Shown piece after piece: positions 11,049 through 24,069 of a stretch of DNA of 64,000 nt; the stretch's first letter is position 1; each line of letters opens with the position of its first letter. The DNA is from Octopus sinensis. Lineage: Eukaryota. Location of the stretch: positions 90,768,001-90,832,000 of the forward strand of contig NC_042999.1 of assembly GCF_006345805.1 (NCBI RefSeq), in the 5' to 3' direction. A model generated the notes under the pieces. It was not told where the DNA came from, made no database searches, and saw only the letters and a program-made list of their open reading frames with translations. The position numbers and the translations under genes were made by a program.

Positions 11049-12428
11049 GCATCATAAACTCTTAGAGAAATCATGAGGTAAAAGCATTCTGACCAGTCGT
11101 AATTTTATTACTGTTGGAGGCCATTCAGAAGTCGTGTTAATAGATCAGAAAATATGTTTTTCATTAAACTTTTTAGTACTGACTACTTACCTTCCAGTTA
11201 TTCTAAGAAACCAAACAATTCATCAAAGACAATTTGTGTGAAATGATTAATTAAATATAAATGCATGTGTTAGGCACTGTTCTGAAATCTAGGACGTAAA
11301 CCCCAGAGGCAACATTGCAGTCGGAAAAGAAGCACTATACGTCAGATGTGGTTGCAGTATTTAGCTTTTCAAAAAACAAAAAAAGCCCAAAAAAGCACCC
11401 ACCCCAAAAAACAAAAAAACAAAAACAAAAACAAATAAAAAACAAATAAAAAACAAATGTTTTCTCTAGGATTAATAACAAAAATTTACTTGAGAGTAAG
11501 AAAAAATACATATTCATGCCTGCTATGTAGAATGTGATATTTGTGAGATAGTTGTGGAACTTCGTCATTCTCAGTGACGAACGAATATATTTTAGTGTCA
11601 GCAGTTTAAATGTAATGGACCTATACACAACTATGACCTATGCTATACTATGCTATAAAGAAGATTTATATAAGCACATAGCTTCTTACATTGAATAGAT
11701 AAGAGATGTGGTTGTAGGACATCAATCTTTTCTCAAGGATATTAATTAATTATAATGACTTGAATCAGGTTTGGAGACGTAATGGTTATATCGTATATTG
11801 CATGTCAGTATAGAATAAAATTAGCTATAATTAAGCATATTCAATGGAAATGTGAGATTGGTGGTAACTAAATAGGCAGCTCTCTGCATTATTACTAGTT
11901 TGAAGTCTATTTAAGGTGTTAGACAGACGACCGCGGCAAACAAATTGAATTCATAATCCATCCCGGGTACCTAACTTAAAATAGGCACATCGTGATAGGC
12001 ATAAATTACGTCTGTAAGCAGCGAAACTGCTAACTTTGATAAACTATATCTTTTATTAAGTGGTGAATATAGAGTCGTTATGAACAGTTTTAATTTCATT
12101 TATACTTACAAGATTATTTCAAGTGAGCACTGAAAATCAATCAAATACTTGCCAATAATTCAACTACCTAATTGGGCATACATGTTAATAACTACGAGAA
12201 GCATGATACTGATAGATAAATGTTTTTAGAAAGCAACCGGTACTTCAATAATGGTAAGAGTTAAGCCAAGATCTAATTTTAACTTATTAATATAACACTT
12301 TATTAATTTAACCAGCTGCGCTTCTTAGATAAGACATCCCTGTAAATATGATATTAGACTATAACACACACACACACACACACGCGCATATACACACGCA
12401 TATACGTACAAGGTTGGAATTCCTTTTA

Positions 12429-12471
<43 letters not shown>

Positions 12472-13254
12472 GGTATATATATATTATATATATATTATAT
12501 TGTACATATATGTACAATATATTACATAAGACTGTAAAATAGACATTTCATAAAACTATTTTATACACAAGAAATAAATATGTAATATGCACATATTCAG
12601 ATATGTAATAAGGGAAATATGAAAACTGGAAGACTAAACAAAGAAGAAATAAAGATACTTTAACTAAAAACCAATTATCTTTACCAGAAGATAATACCAA
12701 AGCGAAACTGAAATAATACTTTTCTATAAATATCGTTAAACATAATGAAATAATATTTGTAAGAATTGGCCGAAACTTATAGCTCAAACAATTCTTCATA
12801 GAGATTAAGATATGAAGCGGAATGTGTGAGCTAAAAATACAGGCTCTATTGTTGAAGCTACAATTCATTGAAACTTAAAGAAGTCTGAGAAGAGGATAGT
12901 AAGACGTAATAACTGTTTTTGCCAAAACTTTACAACAGCTGGCAATGTTAAGCTAATGGTGTGTGAATATTTTAACGGATTCGTAGAAAGTTTTACAAAA
13001 TATCTCTTAATATTGAAAATGTGTCTCAGATCATCAGGAAATCACTCGCATTTCGAAGAAATATGTTGCATTTAAGGAAAGTTAGTAATTCTTTTTTGGC
13101 AGATTTGCTCTATATAAAGTTGCGCATTTAAGCATTTATTTTCATATTACTTCATATTACTCTATGTGAACAGCTGCAATAGAAAATGTGTGAATTAAAT
13201 ACCATACACATTATCTCATAATAAAAATACTCATACTCATATATACATTCATAC

Positions 13255-13355
13255 TACATTCATGCATACATACACAAATATTAATACTACACACACACGC
13301 ACATACACACACACATACACACACATATATAAATATATATATATATGTATGTATG

Positions 13356-13405
<50 letters not shown>

Positions 13406-13410
13406 TCTAA

Positions 13411-13453
<43 letters not shown>

Positions 13454-13480
13454 CATATATACACGTACATACATACAATG
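13255..13480. repeat. Compound (CA)n/(TA)n/(TACA)n microsatellite
   Basis: Direct reading; source of spurious YIYI ORFs. Confidence 0.9.
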
Positions 13481-13574
13481 AAAGATATAAGGAAATATAT
13501 CTCACACATGTAAGAATACGCGTCTACATACCTACAGCAGAGCACACACACATATAGACATAGGCGCATATATA

Positions 13575-14451
13575 CAGAGTGCGATGGGTAAATGGTCGCC
13601 ATTTTATATTCTTATAATGCATGTGCATTGTTTGTTTTTGATTTTGTCGTCTACACAGTATGGTAGGGTCGTCGGACACCTTCTGTGAGCAAAACAGTGC
13701 CATGACGCACTTCACGCTGCTAGAAATTTGGGAACGATATGCTGTACTGCTAGGCATTGCTCTAATACGTACATTTCAGAGTGTTTGGATGTCAGTCTGA
13801 GGATAATGCAATCTGACGACGTGTACCGAGAGTGATACAAATTCAAACATCCAGTTAACATCATGGTGTTTGGAGTGATCACTAGTGATGGTGACGTTAT
13901 GCCTCCATTCATATTCTCACACGGCCTCACACTCAACACGGATGCATGTATACCAAGTGCCTGGGGGAAGTAGTGCTGCCCTGCGTCAAGAGGGTGGCTG
14001 CTGGAAGACCCAATGTCTGCCAACAGGACTCGGAACCACGCCACACAAGCAGGAGAACCAAGTCATGGCTGTCAGACAATTTATTCGACCACATCATACA
14101 TAAGATCTGGTCACCTGACTCCACAAACTCCAACCCTCTTGATTATTATTTGTGGGGCGCAGTCGAGCGAGAGACCAACGAAACTCCTTGTAACACCAAA
14201 GATGAACGGAAGGCAAGGATTATGGCAGCATTCACCAACTTAAACAAGGAAACTGTCAAGAAGAGTAGCAGGAGATTCCGAAGTCGTCTGGAGGCCGTAG
14301 TTGAAGCCATTGGCGATTTTATTGAATAAATTTTCTCTTTAGTATTTCAAGATATTTTTATGTAATTTTGGTAAATATATCTGTTAAAATGAGATGTCAT
14401 TGTTATTTTCATTTTTGAGTATTTAGACAACAGCTTATTCACCGCACCCTG
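13575..14451 (+). mobile_element. Internally deleted maT-family (DD37D) transposon with both TIRs and TA TSD
   Basis: ORF 13946-14329: QQDSEPRHT..WSPDSTNSNPLDYYLWG has exactly 37 residues between D and D. Left TIR CAGAGTGCGATGGGTAA, right TTATTCACCGCACCCTG. TA at 13573-74 and 14452-53. HTH and first D are deleted. Confidence 0.9.
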
Positions 14452-14915
14452 TAAATGTAAACATTAGGATGTAAAGATGATGTGGAAAGTACGTACCTAA
14501 TACTCTAAGTAGTGTTAGACAATTTATTGGAGACCGAATCTCGAAATGTCTGACGTATTTTTTTTGGAAATTGATAAAAAGTGAAAAATGAATTTTGAAT
14601 GAAATAGATATACAGTTCAAATCTTCGAATATCATAGCGAAATTCTCGTTCGATAAAGTGGTATAAAGGAATTTTAATCTTTGATTATGTGGTTATTACT
14701 TGGAAAGACAATGAGAGGAACGGGTGCCAGCACTCTGGGTAGAGCAGATAAAATTAGGCAAAACCATATAGTAGCCACGAATACATGTTAATGAGAAAAT
14801 ATAAATCATTCACAATTATGAGCATGAATATTTTCCACGCATTGAGAAAAGTAACTGAAGTGACGGACTCTCGATTTTGGAGATAGCAGCGACCCATATT
14901 CCCGTTAGCAATACA

Positions 14916-15137
14916 CAGTAATTCCTCGAATATCGCGGGTATTACTTTCCAAAACACCCACGATAGGTGAAAATCCGTGAAATAGAAACAGTACTGTGCT
15001 GTATATATTTTTTTACTATTTTTATTATGTGTATGTATTTATTTTACTATAAATGCAAAACAACACCACGGAGGAATTGACGTAAGCTTAAATAATAAAC
15101 TGCGACAAGTGAACCGCGATATGGCGAGGGATTACTG
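14916..15137. mobile_element. Tigger/pogo-like MITE (222 bp)
   Basis: TIRs CAGTAATTCCTCGAATATCGCGG / CCGCGATATGGCGAGGGATTACTG followed by TA. Confidence 0.75.
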
Positions 15138-15266
15138 TATAGAAAATCAGTACCAGAACAGGCTCTGGTGACGCCATTAGCCAGTGTTCCACTTTTCACT
15201 AATGAAAGAGGTTGCTGTGAATGCTCTTTCACGACCATTCGCATAGCGCTGCGTAACCGATTCCAA

Positions 15267-15572
<306 letters not shown>

Positions 15573-16364
15573 CGGCATCAGTACTTGACTGGTGCTTCAT
15601 TCATCGACCCAGAATGGAAGGTAAATTTGATCTTGGCAATATTTTAACCCATCGAGCCAGAAAACAAGAACAAATGCCACAAAAAATGTTATCCGGCTCT
15701 AAAATTACTCTGCCAATATTTTATTTATAGACATTCTAATTCATTGTGCATACATATGTAAAGACACATGTGTACATAACGGTGAAGACAGGTATATTTT
15801 TTCCTGTAAAATAAGGACTGATCGACTGCAAATGATATCGATTAGGATATATTGGTTCAGAGTTATTGATTGGACACAATTAACAAGTGTTAAGTTTAAA
15901 AGCGGTGGAGGACACGTATTGTACGTCTGGACAGCTTGGATGTTTAAATAACTGGTGCTAAGTAAAGGTAGCAATTATCTTTGGCCTAACCGGTGATGGG
16001 TTCTAAAGAATTTCCGAGATTCAGTGAACATTTGTCATTCCACATTTATCATTAGTTTTCACTCAAGTTTCTTCAGCGTAAAATATTTTACTTGGACTAG
16101 GCAAAAAGCCAGCCTTACAGAGCTAGCGTTTAACTGAGATGATCAATATAGCTATTTACCTTTACATAGTACCAGTTTTGTTGTTACCTAATATATAATA
16201 CGTCAAGGGAAGTCTACAAGATAAATTCAGAACTAATGGAACTGGATTCAGAAACTAGGTGTCATCTAATTCATCTTGCTATCATTTTTAATAAACTATT
16301 AATATATTTAAATAAGCAAAGAAGTAGATAGAATTAAAATCCTCCCCAACTCATATAGACTTGC

Positions 16365-16571
16365 AGGGTAGGTCTCTTGGTTTCTATGGATTATATATAT
16401 TATATATCTGGACGGGACGACGGTCCGTCGCAGGATTACTTGTTTTTGCCAGCAGAGTAAGACATGAAGTGTTTTACTCAAGAGGTCAACGCGTCTCTCG
16501 GTCAGGGAATTGAAACCAGAATTTTACGATCATGAATCGAAGGTCCCAACCACTAAACCACGCGCCTTCAC
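16365..16571 (-). mobile_element. tRNA-derived SINE (family B)
   Basis: Minus strand GTGAAGGCGCGTGGTTTAGTGG (A box) ..GGTTTCAATTCCC (B box) ..CCTGCGACGGACCGTCGTCCCGTCCAG. Homologous to 42394-42540 and 61304-61518. Confidence 0.8.
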
Positions 16572-16912
16572 TTAAATGAGCTAAATAACTAGAAAATATT
16601 AATATCAGAGAGTGGAATGCTTTATATGTATCAAATAAACAAAATGTTTGACAGCATTGTTGTGTCTGATTTATGCAAACAGTAACAGTAGATTTGGTCA
16701 CATGCAAATGGTATTGGTGGCCGCTGAGAATATGCTTGTTTACGGCATTTCTTACTGCGTTAGGATGATTGGCCCTGAATGCCGCAGAATAAGTGAAGTT
16801 ACTTGCATTGCAAATGAGAAACTCGGTAGCATATTTCGAAATATTGTAGGGAGATATGTTTTGTAATGTAGAATGACATCTGTCTTTATTTATTGGTAGA
16901 AAAGGCCCGGAA

Positions 16913-17048
16913 TTTTGGGGGAGAGGAATTTTGTCGGTTAGATCAATCTCAGTACGCAACTGATACTTAATTTATTGACTCCGAAAGGATAAAAGGCAAA
17001 GTCGACCTCAGTGGAAGTTGAACTCAGAACGTAAAGACACGAAATACC
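16913..17048 (-). mobile_element. Partial older family-A SINE
   Basis: GAAAGGATAAAAGGCAAAGTCGACCTCAGTGGAAGTTGAACTCAGAACG; truncated where the next SINE begins. Confidence 0.75.
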
Positions 17049-17266
17049 TATTTCTTTACTACCCACAAGGGGCTAAACACAGATCGGACAAACAAGGACA
17101 GACAAACGAATCAAGTCGATTATATCGACCTCAGTGCAGAACTGGTACTTATTTAATCGACCCCGAAAGGATGAAAGGCAAAGTCGACCTCGGCGAAATT
17201 TGAACTCAGAACGTAGCGGTAGGCGGAATACCACTAAGCATTTTGCCCGGCGTGCTAACAATTCTG
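17049..17266 (-). mobile_element. Family-A SINE, near full length
   Basis: Reverse complement homologous to 1556-1778 along its whole length. Confidence 0.9.
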
Positions 17267-17520
17267 TCATCTTTTATAATCAGCCAATGAGACATGACGT
17301 TGTAGCTAGGACACTCTATAATGAAATTCGTCGGAAGGATAATCCCGAGAACAAAGAAATAAAAACCCACAATATGGTCGAAGCCATAGCCACTCATAAT
17401 GGAAAGGAATATTGGTGGGATGTCCCAGTGACGACCGCAATAAAATGTAAGCACAATAAACGTGATATAATGATCTGGGATAGAGAAGAGAAACTGTGCA
17501 CAGTTGTGGAAATTAGCTGC
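17267..17520 (+). mobile_element. R4/Dong-like LINE C-terminal fragment (RHD motif and restriction-like endonuclease)
   Basis: MRHDVVARTLY..EYWWDVPVTT..HNKRDIMIWD..CTVVEISC. Confidence 0.8.
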
Positions 17521-17581
17521 ATGGCATCTTTTCCATAATAATTTCCTCATTTCGAATTCAAACATTTACTTCTCTCACATC

Positions 17582-17629
17582 GTCTCTGATGAAGGGATAG
17601 CCATAATATCCCAGATACAGATGTAAGAC
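17582..17629 (+). ncRNA. Degenerate minimal type I hammerhead motif in a Penelope-like terminal fragment (17521-17638)
   Basis: GTCT-CTGATGA-A-GGGATA[GCCATAA]TATCCC-A-GATA-CAGATGT-A-AGAC. Stem I 4 bp, stem II 6 bp, but GAAA is mutated to GATA. Homologous to 23467-23517. Confidence 0.55.
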
Positions 17630-17638
17630 TATGTCTCT

Positions 17639-18618
17639 TTCCTTATAAATCAGGTACTTGATTGATATTTCCTGTTCCTGGATTGCAAGCACATGCCCTT
17701 CAAAGTGGGAGGTAATAATCCGGCTATTCGTCCATGATAAACTGCTGTGATGATCGATGTTACTAATATCACGGAGCTTTCTGGTAACATGTCCATGCAT
17801 AGTCTTCTGCTCGAATAGGCTCATCCTTTCATCTCATGATACGTTGCGGTAGAGTTGTGCGACTTCTTGGGGTATGTATTCTAGGTTATCAGTCAAAGAG
17901 TGTTGCTTAGGGAGCTGCCTTCCAAGTCTTATCATGTTATTAGCTTCATGTATGCAAACTTGGTCAAGGGATGCACTTCGACGCTTGGTGGTTAAAAGAT
18001 GTTGCCGAAGGGATATGATGCGACATTCAAAGGCAGTCTGGATCGATGTTAAGCCTCTGTCGCCTTGTTTTCGTTTTATGTACAGGCGGTCTACGTCGCT
18101 GTTTATGAGGAAATTATGTGTGCTTGTTAATATTTTTTGGGTTTTCACATTAATGTCTCGGATCTCATCAAGCGTCCAATCAAACAGCCTAAATGTTGAA
18201 AAGAGTTCTAGCATTGCAAACACATTTTGGGCCACTGTTTTATTGAATGCAGAGTGTTGTGAGGTTCAAAAGTTACTTTATTCGGCTGTAATACTCTTTA
18301 GCGACACTGTTTTGTTACAGGTGCCACTGTAAGATATATTTTCATCCACCCCTAGATACTTGTAGCGTTCCTCGTCAGATGCAGAGGAAACAGTCAAATC
18401 ATTGACGAAGATGCTACTACTCTGATTTCTCCCTTTTCTTAACCATATAACATCATTTATCCTGACCAAACACCAACCCTACATCCTTTGAGAATGTTGT
18501 AACTAGGTCAAGGGTCTTTTTCATCTCATGCATATTCTTTGCATAAAGTTTTAAGTCATCCACAAAGAAACAATGTGTAATTTTGGTATTTCTGTTTCTT
18601 TGTGAACCAGAAATATGT
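17639..18618 (-). mobile_element. R4/Dong-like LINE RT/thumb fragment
   Basis: Minus strand THCFFVDDLKLYAKN..FSKDVGLVFGQDK, YKYLGVDE, DVDRLYIKRKQGDRGL, MHGH..FEGHVLAIQEQEI. Confidence 0.88.
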
Positions 18619-18619
18619 G

Positions 18620-18750
18620 AGTATGTATGTATGTATGTATGTATGTATGTATGTATGTATGTATGTATGTATGTATGTATGTATGTATGTATGTATGTAT
18701 TTTTGTATGTATGTATGTATGGATGTATGTATGTATGGATGGATGTTTGT
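18620..18750. repeat. (TATG)n microsatellite
   Basis: Direct reading. Confidence 0.9.
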
Positions 18751-19223
18751 ATGAATATATTATCTTATCACGCACATAGTGTCTTTATTTCATTAATAAG
18801 CCCATTAGCTGCAGGTTTGCGTCGTCCAGGACAACGTCTCTTTTTGATGCCTAGTGTTAAAACACTGAATATCTAAAATCAGGCAAGGCAATTTGCCTCG
18901 GATTGATATTTCACCGTCTTTCAGCGCTCAGCAGCACCGTTCACACTCAAGTCATCACGGAACAAGCCGAATGGTTGGTCTGCGATATATATGCAAATAA
19001 TGTAAAGTTCTATTTGCTGATGGCTATGGCATAGAGCATGCTGAACAAAATGAAATTTTGAATTAAAAGCAGCTCTAATAATATCCATCTTATAGATGTC
19101 ACGTATATAGTGTAGATGTTCTGTTTACGGATCCATCAGCAGCGGGAAACCGTCCGGGGAAATGTCCCTTGTTAGCGCTGCATGTATATATGTATATACA
19201 CACACACACACACACACACATAC

Positions 19224-19258
<35 letters not shown>

Positions 19259-20952
19259 CACACACGCGCACACACACATCCATTAGGAGGTTTAAAAGTA
19301 AAACACCGGCGAAATTCAGAAAATCTGATGTAATGATTAGAACCAACCAACAATGTAGTGGCTGAGCTTAGTTAAGTTTCAGATTCTTAGATCACGTGTC
19401 TCGCATTTGGCACTCATAGATAATCAATCAAAGAAAACGATATGGATATTTCAGCTAATAAGACGAGACAACATCAAAGAAAGCCGAAACGACGAAAAGA
19501 ACGTTTTTCTGCAATTAATGAGGACTCAATTTAAAGGCGTCTTTTGATGTCGTTCTCTCAACTTAGCTTCCTGCTCTCGTCTCTGTAGAGATTAACTTTC
19601 TATAGGATTTCACATTTGAAGCTCTTTTATCGCATTTATCGTTATATCTAAAATGATAGGACACTTGAGAGTTTCATTGATGTGAATATGTTACTATCTG
19701 TCCATCCAAGTCGATCAAATCAGCCAGCTGTCTAAATACTTATATATAAGTCTATCTATAATTGATATCTCGGTAGCATGAACGCACACAGACACATTCT
19801 AGCAAACGTGCCTCCGCCTACACGTACATACATTCACGTAGGTACTCTCACCACGCCACATATATGCATGTATTCACACATATACAAGTTAAAGGGAAAA
19901 AGTATGCATGTAGTTACACATATGCAAGTTAAAGTGAAAATAGACGCATAACTGGATGCTTAATAACATTCGAAACAGAATCTCGACAACTATTGATATT
20001 GATTTTAATTTGTATTAACAAGTAAGAAAATATTGCAGAACAAAGAGGGAAAAAATGTGGAATGAATACATCTTCAAGCCGTGCAACTTAGGTAAAACTC
20101 ACAAAATTCGATAGCAAATATATTGTAATGTCAAAAACATTTAACACATCATAGTAATTTAAAATAATAAATAGAATCATTAAAGGCAATCCTGCGATCA
20201 AATGAATCTCGAAGAATGCATACGGAATTAATAATGGTCAGTTTGAACATTTTCAGCTATTTATCACTAAACTATAAATAATTGCTGAAACATAAATATT
20301 GGAAATCGATCTGCAGTCGAAGAGGTTTGTTTTGAAGCGAATGGAACTGTTAGAAAGAGAAAGAATGCTAATTAGGGCAATAAAGTACTTTGGTTTTCAT
20401 TTAAGACTAGAACAGGCTGCAGCTGAGTTAGTTGATTGAATAACAATTAGCTTGTTGGTCGGTGCCGAAAAAATATTCAAGATTTCCACAGTTCCAGTAC
20501 TTATATTAGTATCATGATGTATCATGTTATGTGTTCTTGGCTGCTATTAACTTGCTAATTAACAAAACTATATCTGTCAAGCTGTTACAAAGTGCAATAG
20601 TTTACTGATTAATGGAAGAGTTCTGAATTGTAAGCAGCGGCACCATGAAATTGATGAGGTTTTCGTTCGGCTGAATTGAAAATAAGTTTTGCTCTCTATG
20701 TGAATATAATAGAAGAGATAGTGGATGGACATTTCTCTTGTCATTGTAATTTATCGTGTATTGATAAAATCTCTAACCCTGCAGAAATATTAGGTCACCT
20801 CAATTAACTTTGAGCTGATTCAATCGTCTTTGAGCTGTAGGATGGCCCAAGGAGCTGGAATCTAGATATCAAGATACCTATACCACTATTCATATTTCAA
20901 GGGATACAATCAACACGTATTTATAGTGGCAGACGTCTGATGTAGTAGAGAA

Positions 20953-21062
20953 TATACATACATACATACATACATACATACATACATACATACATACATA
21001 CATACACATACATACACATACACACACATACATACATACAAAAATACATACATACATACATT
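20953..21062. repeat. (TACA)n microsatellite
   Basis: Direct reading. Confidence 0.9.
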
Positions 21063-21064
21063 CA

Positions 21065-22119
21065 TAGTTCCTTGATGCTTTTCAACATTGTTTTCTGCAA
21101 TATGTCACAATAATCCATTGTTCTCTCAATAAATGTGATTCCTCCCACACGAGTTGCACTCATGCATTCCCAAAGCTAACATACTTCCACCGCCGTGTTT
21201 CACGGTAGGTACGGTGCATCTGTCGCTATTATCTTCACCTGGTCGCTCCCATACACATTTAATACCATCGGACCCAAACATGTTGATTTTTGTCTCGTCA
21301 GAAAAAAGAATTTTCTTCCAAAACTCCTTTCCTTTACTCACATAGGTTTCGGCAAAGGAAAGACGATTTGATTTATGCCTGTTAGTGAGGAAAGGCTTCC
21401 GACGAGGAGTGCGTCCATGAAGATCACACTGGTTCAAACTTCGGCGAACTGTTTCAGCGGATATACTCTTTCTACCAACGGAAGACATTTCTTGAGCCAA
21501 AGTTGAAGTGGTACGACGCCTGTCGTCCATCTTGCAACGTTGGATGTAGCGAATATCACGCGCAGTTAAAATAGGACCTGGATGATGTTTATTGCTTAGG
21601 CGCCGAGGAGCTTTGTATTTCTGAATCCCTTTGGCAACTGTGTTTACGTTAATATGTATTCGTTTGCTAATTAACTTGTATCCTAAAACATTCTTGTGCA
21701 AATTAAAAATAATTTCATTCCAATCTTCAGACAATTGTTTTCCTGTAATACCTTTTTATCACAATGACGAAGATTTTCACCACGGTGCACAAATCAGAAT
21801 TCCTGAAATGCAATAACAATGACCGGTGCAAAAATGCCAGGAGGAATAATTTATTAGAATTGAAATTACCTGGAATATCTGAATTTAGTAAAAAAAAAAT
21901 ATTGAATATAGCAAATTTCCTTTACGAAGTACAAAATTTTGTACATTTGTATATTTTTTTCATATCTTTGAAAATGTTTATTATTTGTGTTTCTATAATG
22001 TTTGCATGTATAATATATTTTATTCAGTATAAATTTAGTTTGATTTCCTTCTATATTGTCAGAGTAATTGCGATTTTACTGAAAATGTATAGGGGTGTGC
22101 ATACTTCTGTGAGATACTG
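21065..22119 (-). mobile_element. Tc1-family transposon, 3'-truncated (transposase ORF 21126-21734)
   Basis: LGYKLISK..GRTPRRKPFL..WKKILFSDETKINMFGSDG..TVKHGGGS. One TIR CAGTATCTCACAGAAGTATGCACACCCC ends at 22119 with TA at 22120-21. Second TIR not found. Confidence 0.9.
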
Positions 22120-22175
22120 TATATAATCTTTTATTCGTTTCAACTACGTTTCAAACACATTATATATACATTTAT

Positions 22176-22211
<36 letters not shown>

Positions 22212-22250
22212 GTATGTATGAGCATATACATGTGCTCTAGCGCATTATAT

Positions 22251-22330
<80 letters not shown>

Positions 22331-22492
22331 GCAGAGGTATGGCTGTGTGGTAAGAAGCTTGCTTCACAACCACATGGTTGCATATGGTTTCAGCCTCACT
22401 ACATGGCATCTTTGGCAAGTATCTTCTACTACAGCCACCGGCCGACCAAAACCTTGTAAATGAATTTGGTAGACGGAAACTGAAAGAAGAAG
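22331..22492 (+). mobile_element. Family-C SINE 5' half
   Basis: GGCTGTGTGGTAAGAAGCTTGCTT..GGCAAGTATCTTCTACTA..GGTAGACGGAAACTGAAAGAAG. Confidence 0.85.
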
Positions 22493-22803
22493 TATATATA
22501 TATATAACCCAACCACACACAAAATCACGCACACACATACACACACATAGACACGAATGCAGTTATATACATACACATACATAGGCACTCAATCACAAAA
22601 GCAAACAACACATCACCATTCATATGACTTGCAACCTATCACCTACCTATCCTTTGAACCCTTGAACTTTCTAGAATCTTCTACATTCAACCATTTTTGA
22701 CGTCACTGCTTATAACTGAATATTTTAAAGAAACACTCATTATCGCTATGGGCTCCGTGTGGGCAGTCATCTAAGAGTTTTTGTTCATCTTGATGCTGAC
22801 ATA

Positions 22804-22906
22804 AGTTCCTTGTTTTTCCTGATGAGAAGGCGGCATAATGCACCCCTTATTCCTTCGAAATTAGGAATATGCAGCCTTCGAAACATATGTCGAGAATAAA
22901 GGAATT
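22804..22906 (+). ncRNA. Type I hammerhead ribozyme with intact catalytic core
   Basis: CUGAUGA at 22819-25, GAAA at 22880-83, GUC at 22889-91. Stem I 13 of 15 bp, stem II GAAGGCGGCAUA/UAUGCAGCCUUC, stem III is the palindrome ACAUAUGU. Confidence 0.85.
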
Positions 22907-23319
22907 TTGTTAAATCGTCGTTCAACTCCATTCTTTCATTTATATATATATATATATACCATTTTTCCTTTCCTCACGTGATCATGTTCCTTTTCCTTCA
23001 GTCTGCTGTGCAGTCCAGACGCATTCGTATTTGTATTTCATCTTTCCACTTATCAAAGAATCTTCTTCCTGCGTTCGCTACCTAACCTCGTCTGAGCCCA
23101 ACGGCCCTGCTTGTTTCTATTCGTTTCGTTTGGCTTGTTGTATGTCCTGTTCTTCTTACTACCTTTGATCCTCCGCAAATAACAAATTTTATTTTGGTTT
23201 GCAGTAGCAACTGCCTTCAACTGCCTTTGCTCGCAACTCAATAGCTGTCCGAACGGATAGAACCCACATCTTTTGTAAAGATCTTCCCTTCTCTCTCTCT
23301 CTCTCTCTCTCTGTCTCTG

Positions 23320-23364
<45 letters not shown>

Positions 23365-23399
23365 TTTGGGAAAACAGTATATATATATATATATATATT

Positions 23400-23760
23400 A
23401 GACAAGGACAGTAACAAAGCTAAGGCTATGAGGAGTGTTCAGAACATTTATACGGAAAGAGATATAGTCATACAGCTATTTCTAGGATATAATAGCTATC
23501 CCTTCATCAGAAATGACGTGAAAGAGGGAAATGTTTGAGTTCGAAATAAAGAACTTATTATGGAAAAGGAAAAGATCGGGAAAATAGAGGGAAATAAAAG
23601 AATGAAAGTACAAATAACATATTGTCGTTGCAGCGCCATTATTCGAGTAAAATGGTATTTAGAAATGGTAAAAAAGTTTCTTGTACATGGTATGTAAGTT
23701 CCGATAGTAGATCGTGTTTAGTCATTTCAAATTATGGAGCCGTTGGTTCTATGTTGCGCA
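23400..23760 (-). mobile_element. Penelope-like 3' terminal repeat, inverted relative to the adjacent GIY-YIG ORF
   Basis: Contains the HHR-like motif at 23467-23517 and is homologous to 17521-17638. Confidence 0.6.
23467..23517 (-). ncRNA. Minimal type I hammerhead-like motif
   Basis: Minus strand GTCATTT-CTGATGA-A-GGGATA[GCTATTA]TATCCT-A-GAAA-TAGCTGT-A-TGAC. Core intact, GUA site, stem I imperfect. Confidence 0.6.
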
Positions 23761-24069
23761 TTCAGCTCCAACATGCACACGGCTCCAACATTGAACCCCA
23801 TACGTTAAGACCACAACCATAACCTAACCTGTCGTACTAACACTATCCAGATTGCTACCACAACTTCCACCACCTTTACAGACAGAATAATTAAAATCAA
23901 CGATAGCAATAATAGTGATAATAGTATTAATAATAATAACTTGGACATTTCTACCCCATCTCTAACCTCTCCTTGGAAGTATTACCTATTCTATTCTTGA
24001 AAATAACCCCTAATATACACCCACTTGTAGCTGCCGTCCTGGGTCCATCTGCCCCCCACAAACCCATTG

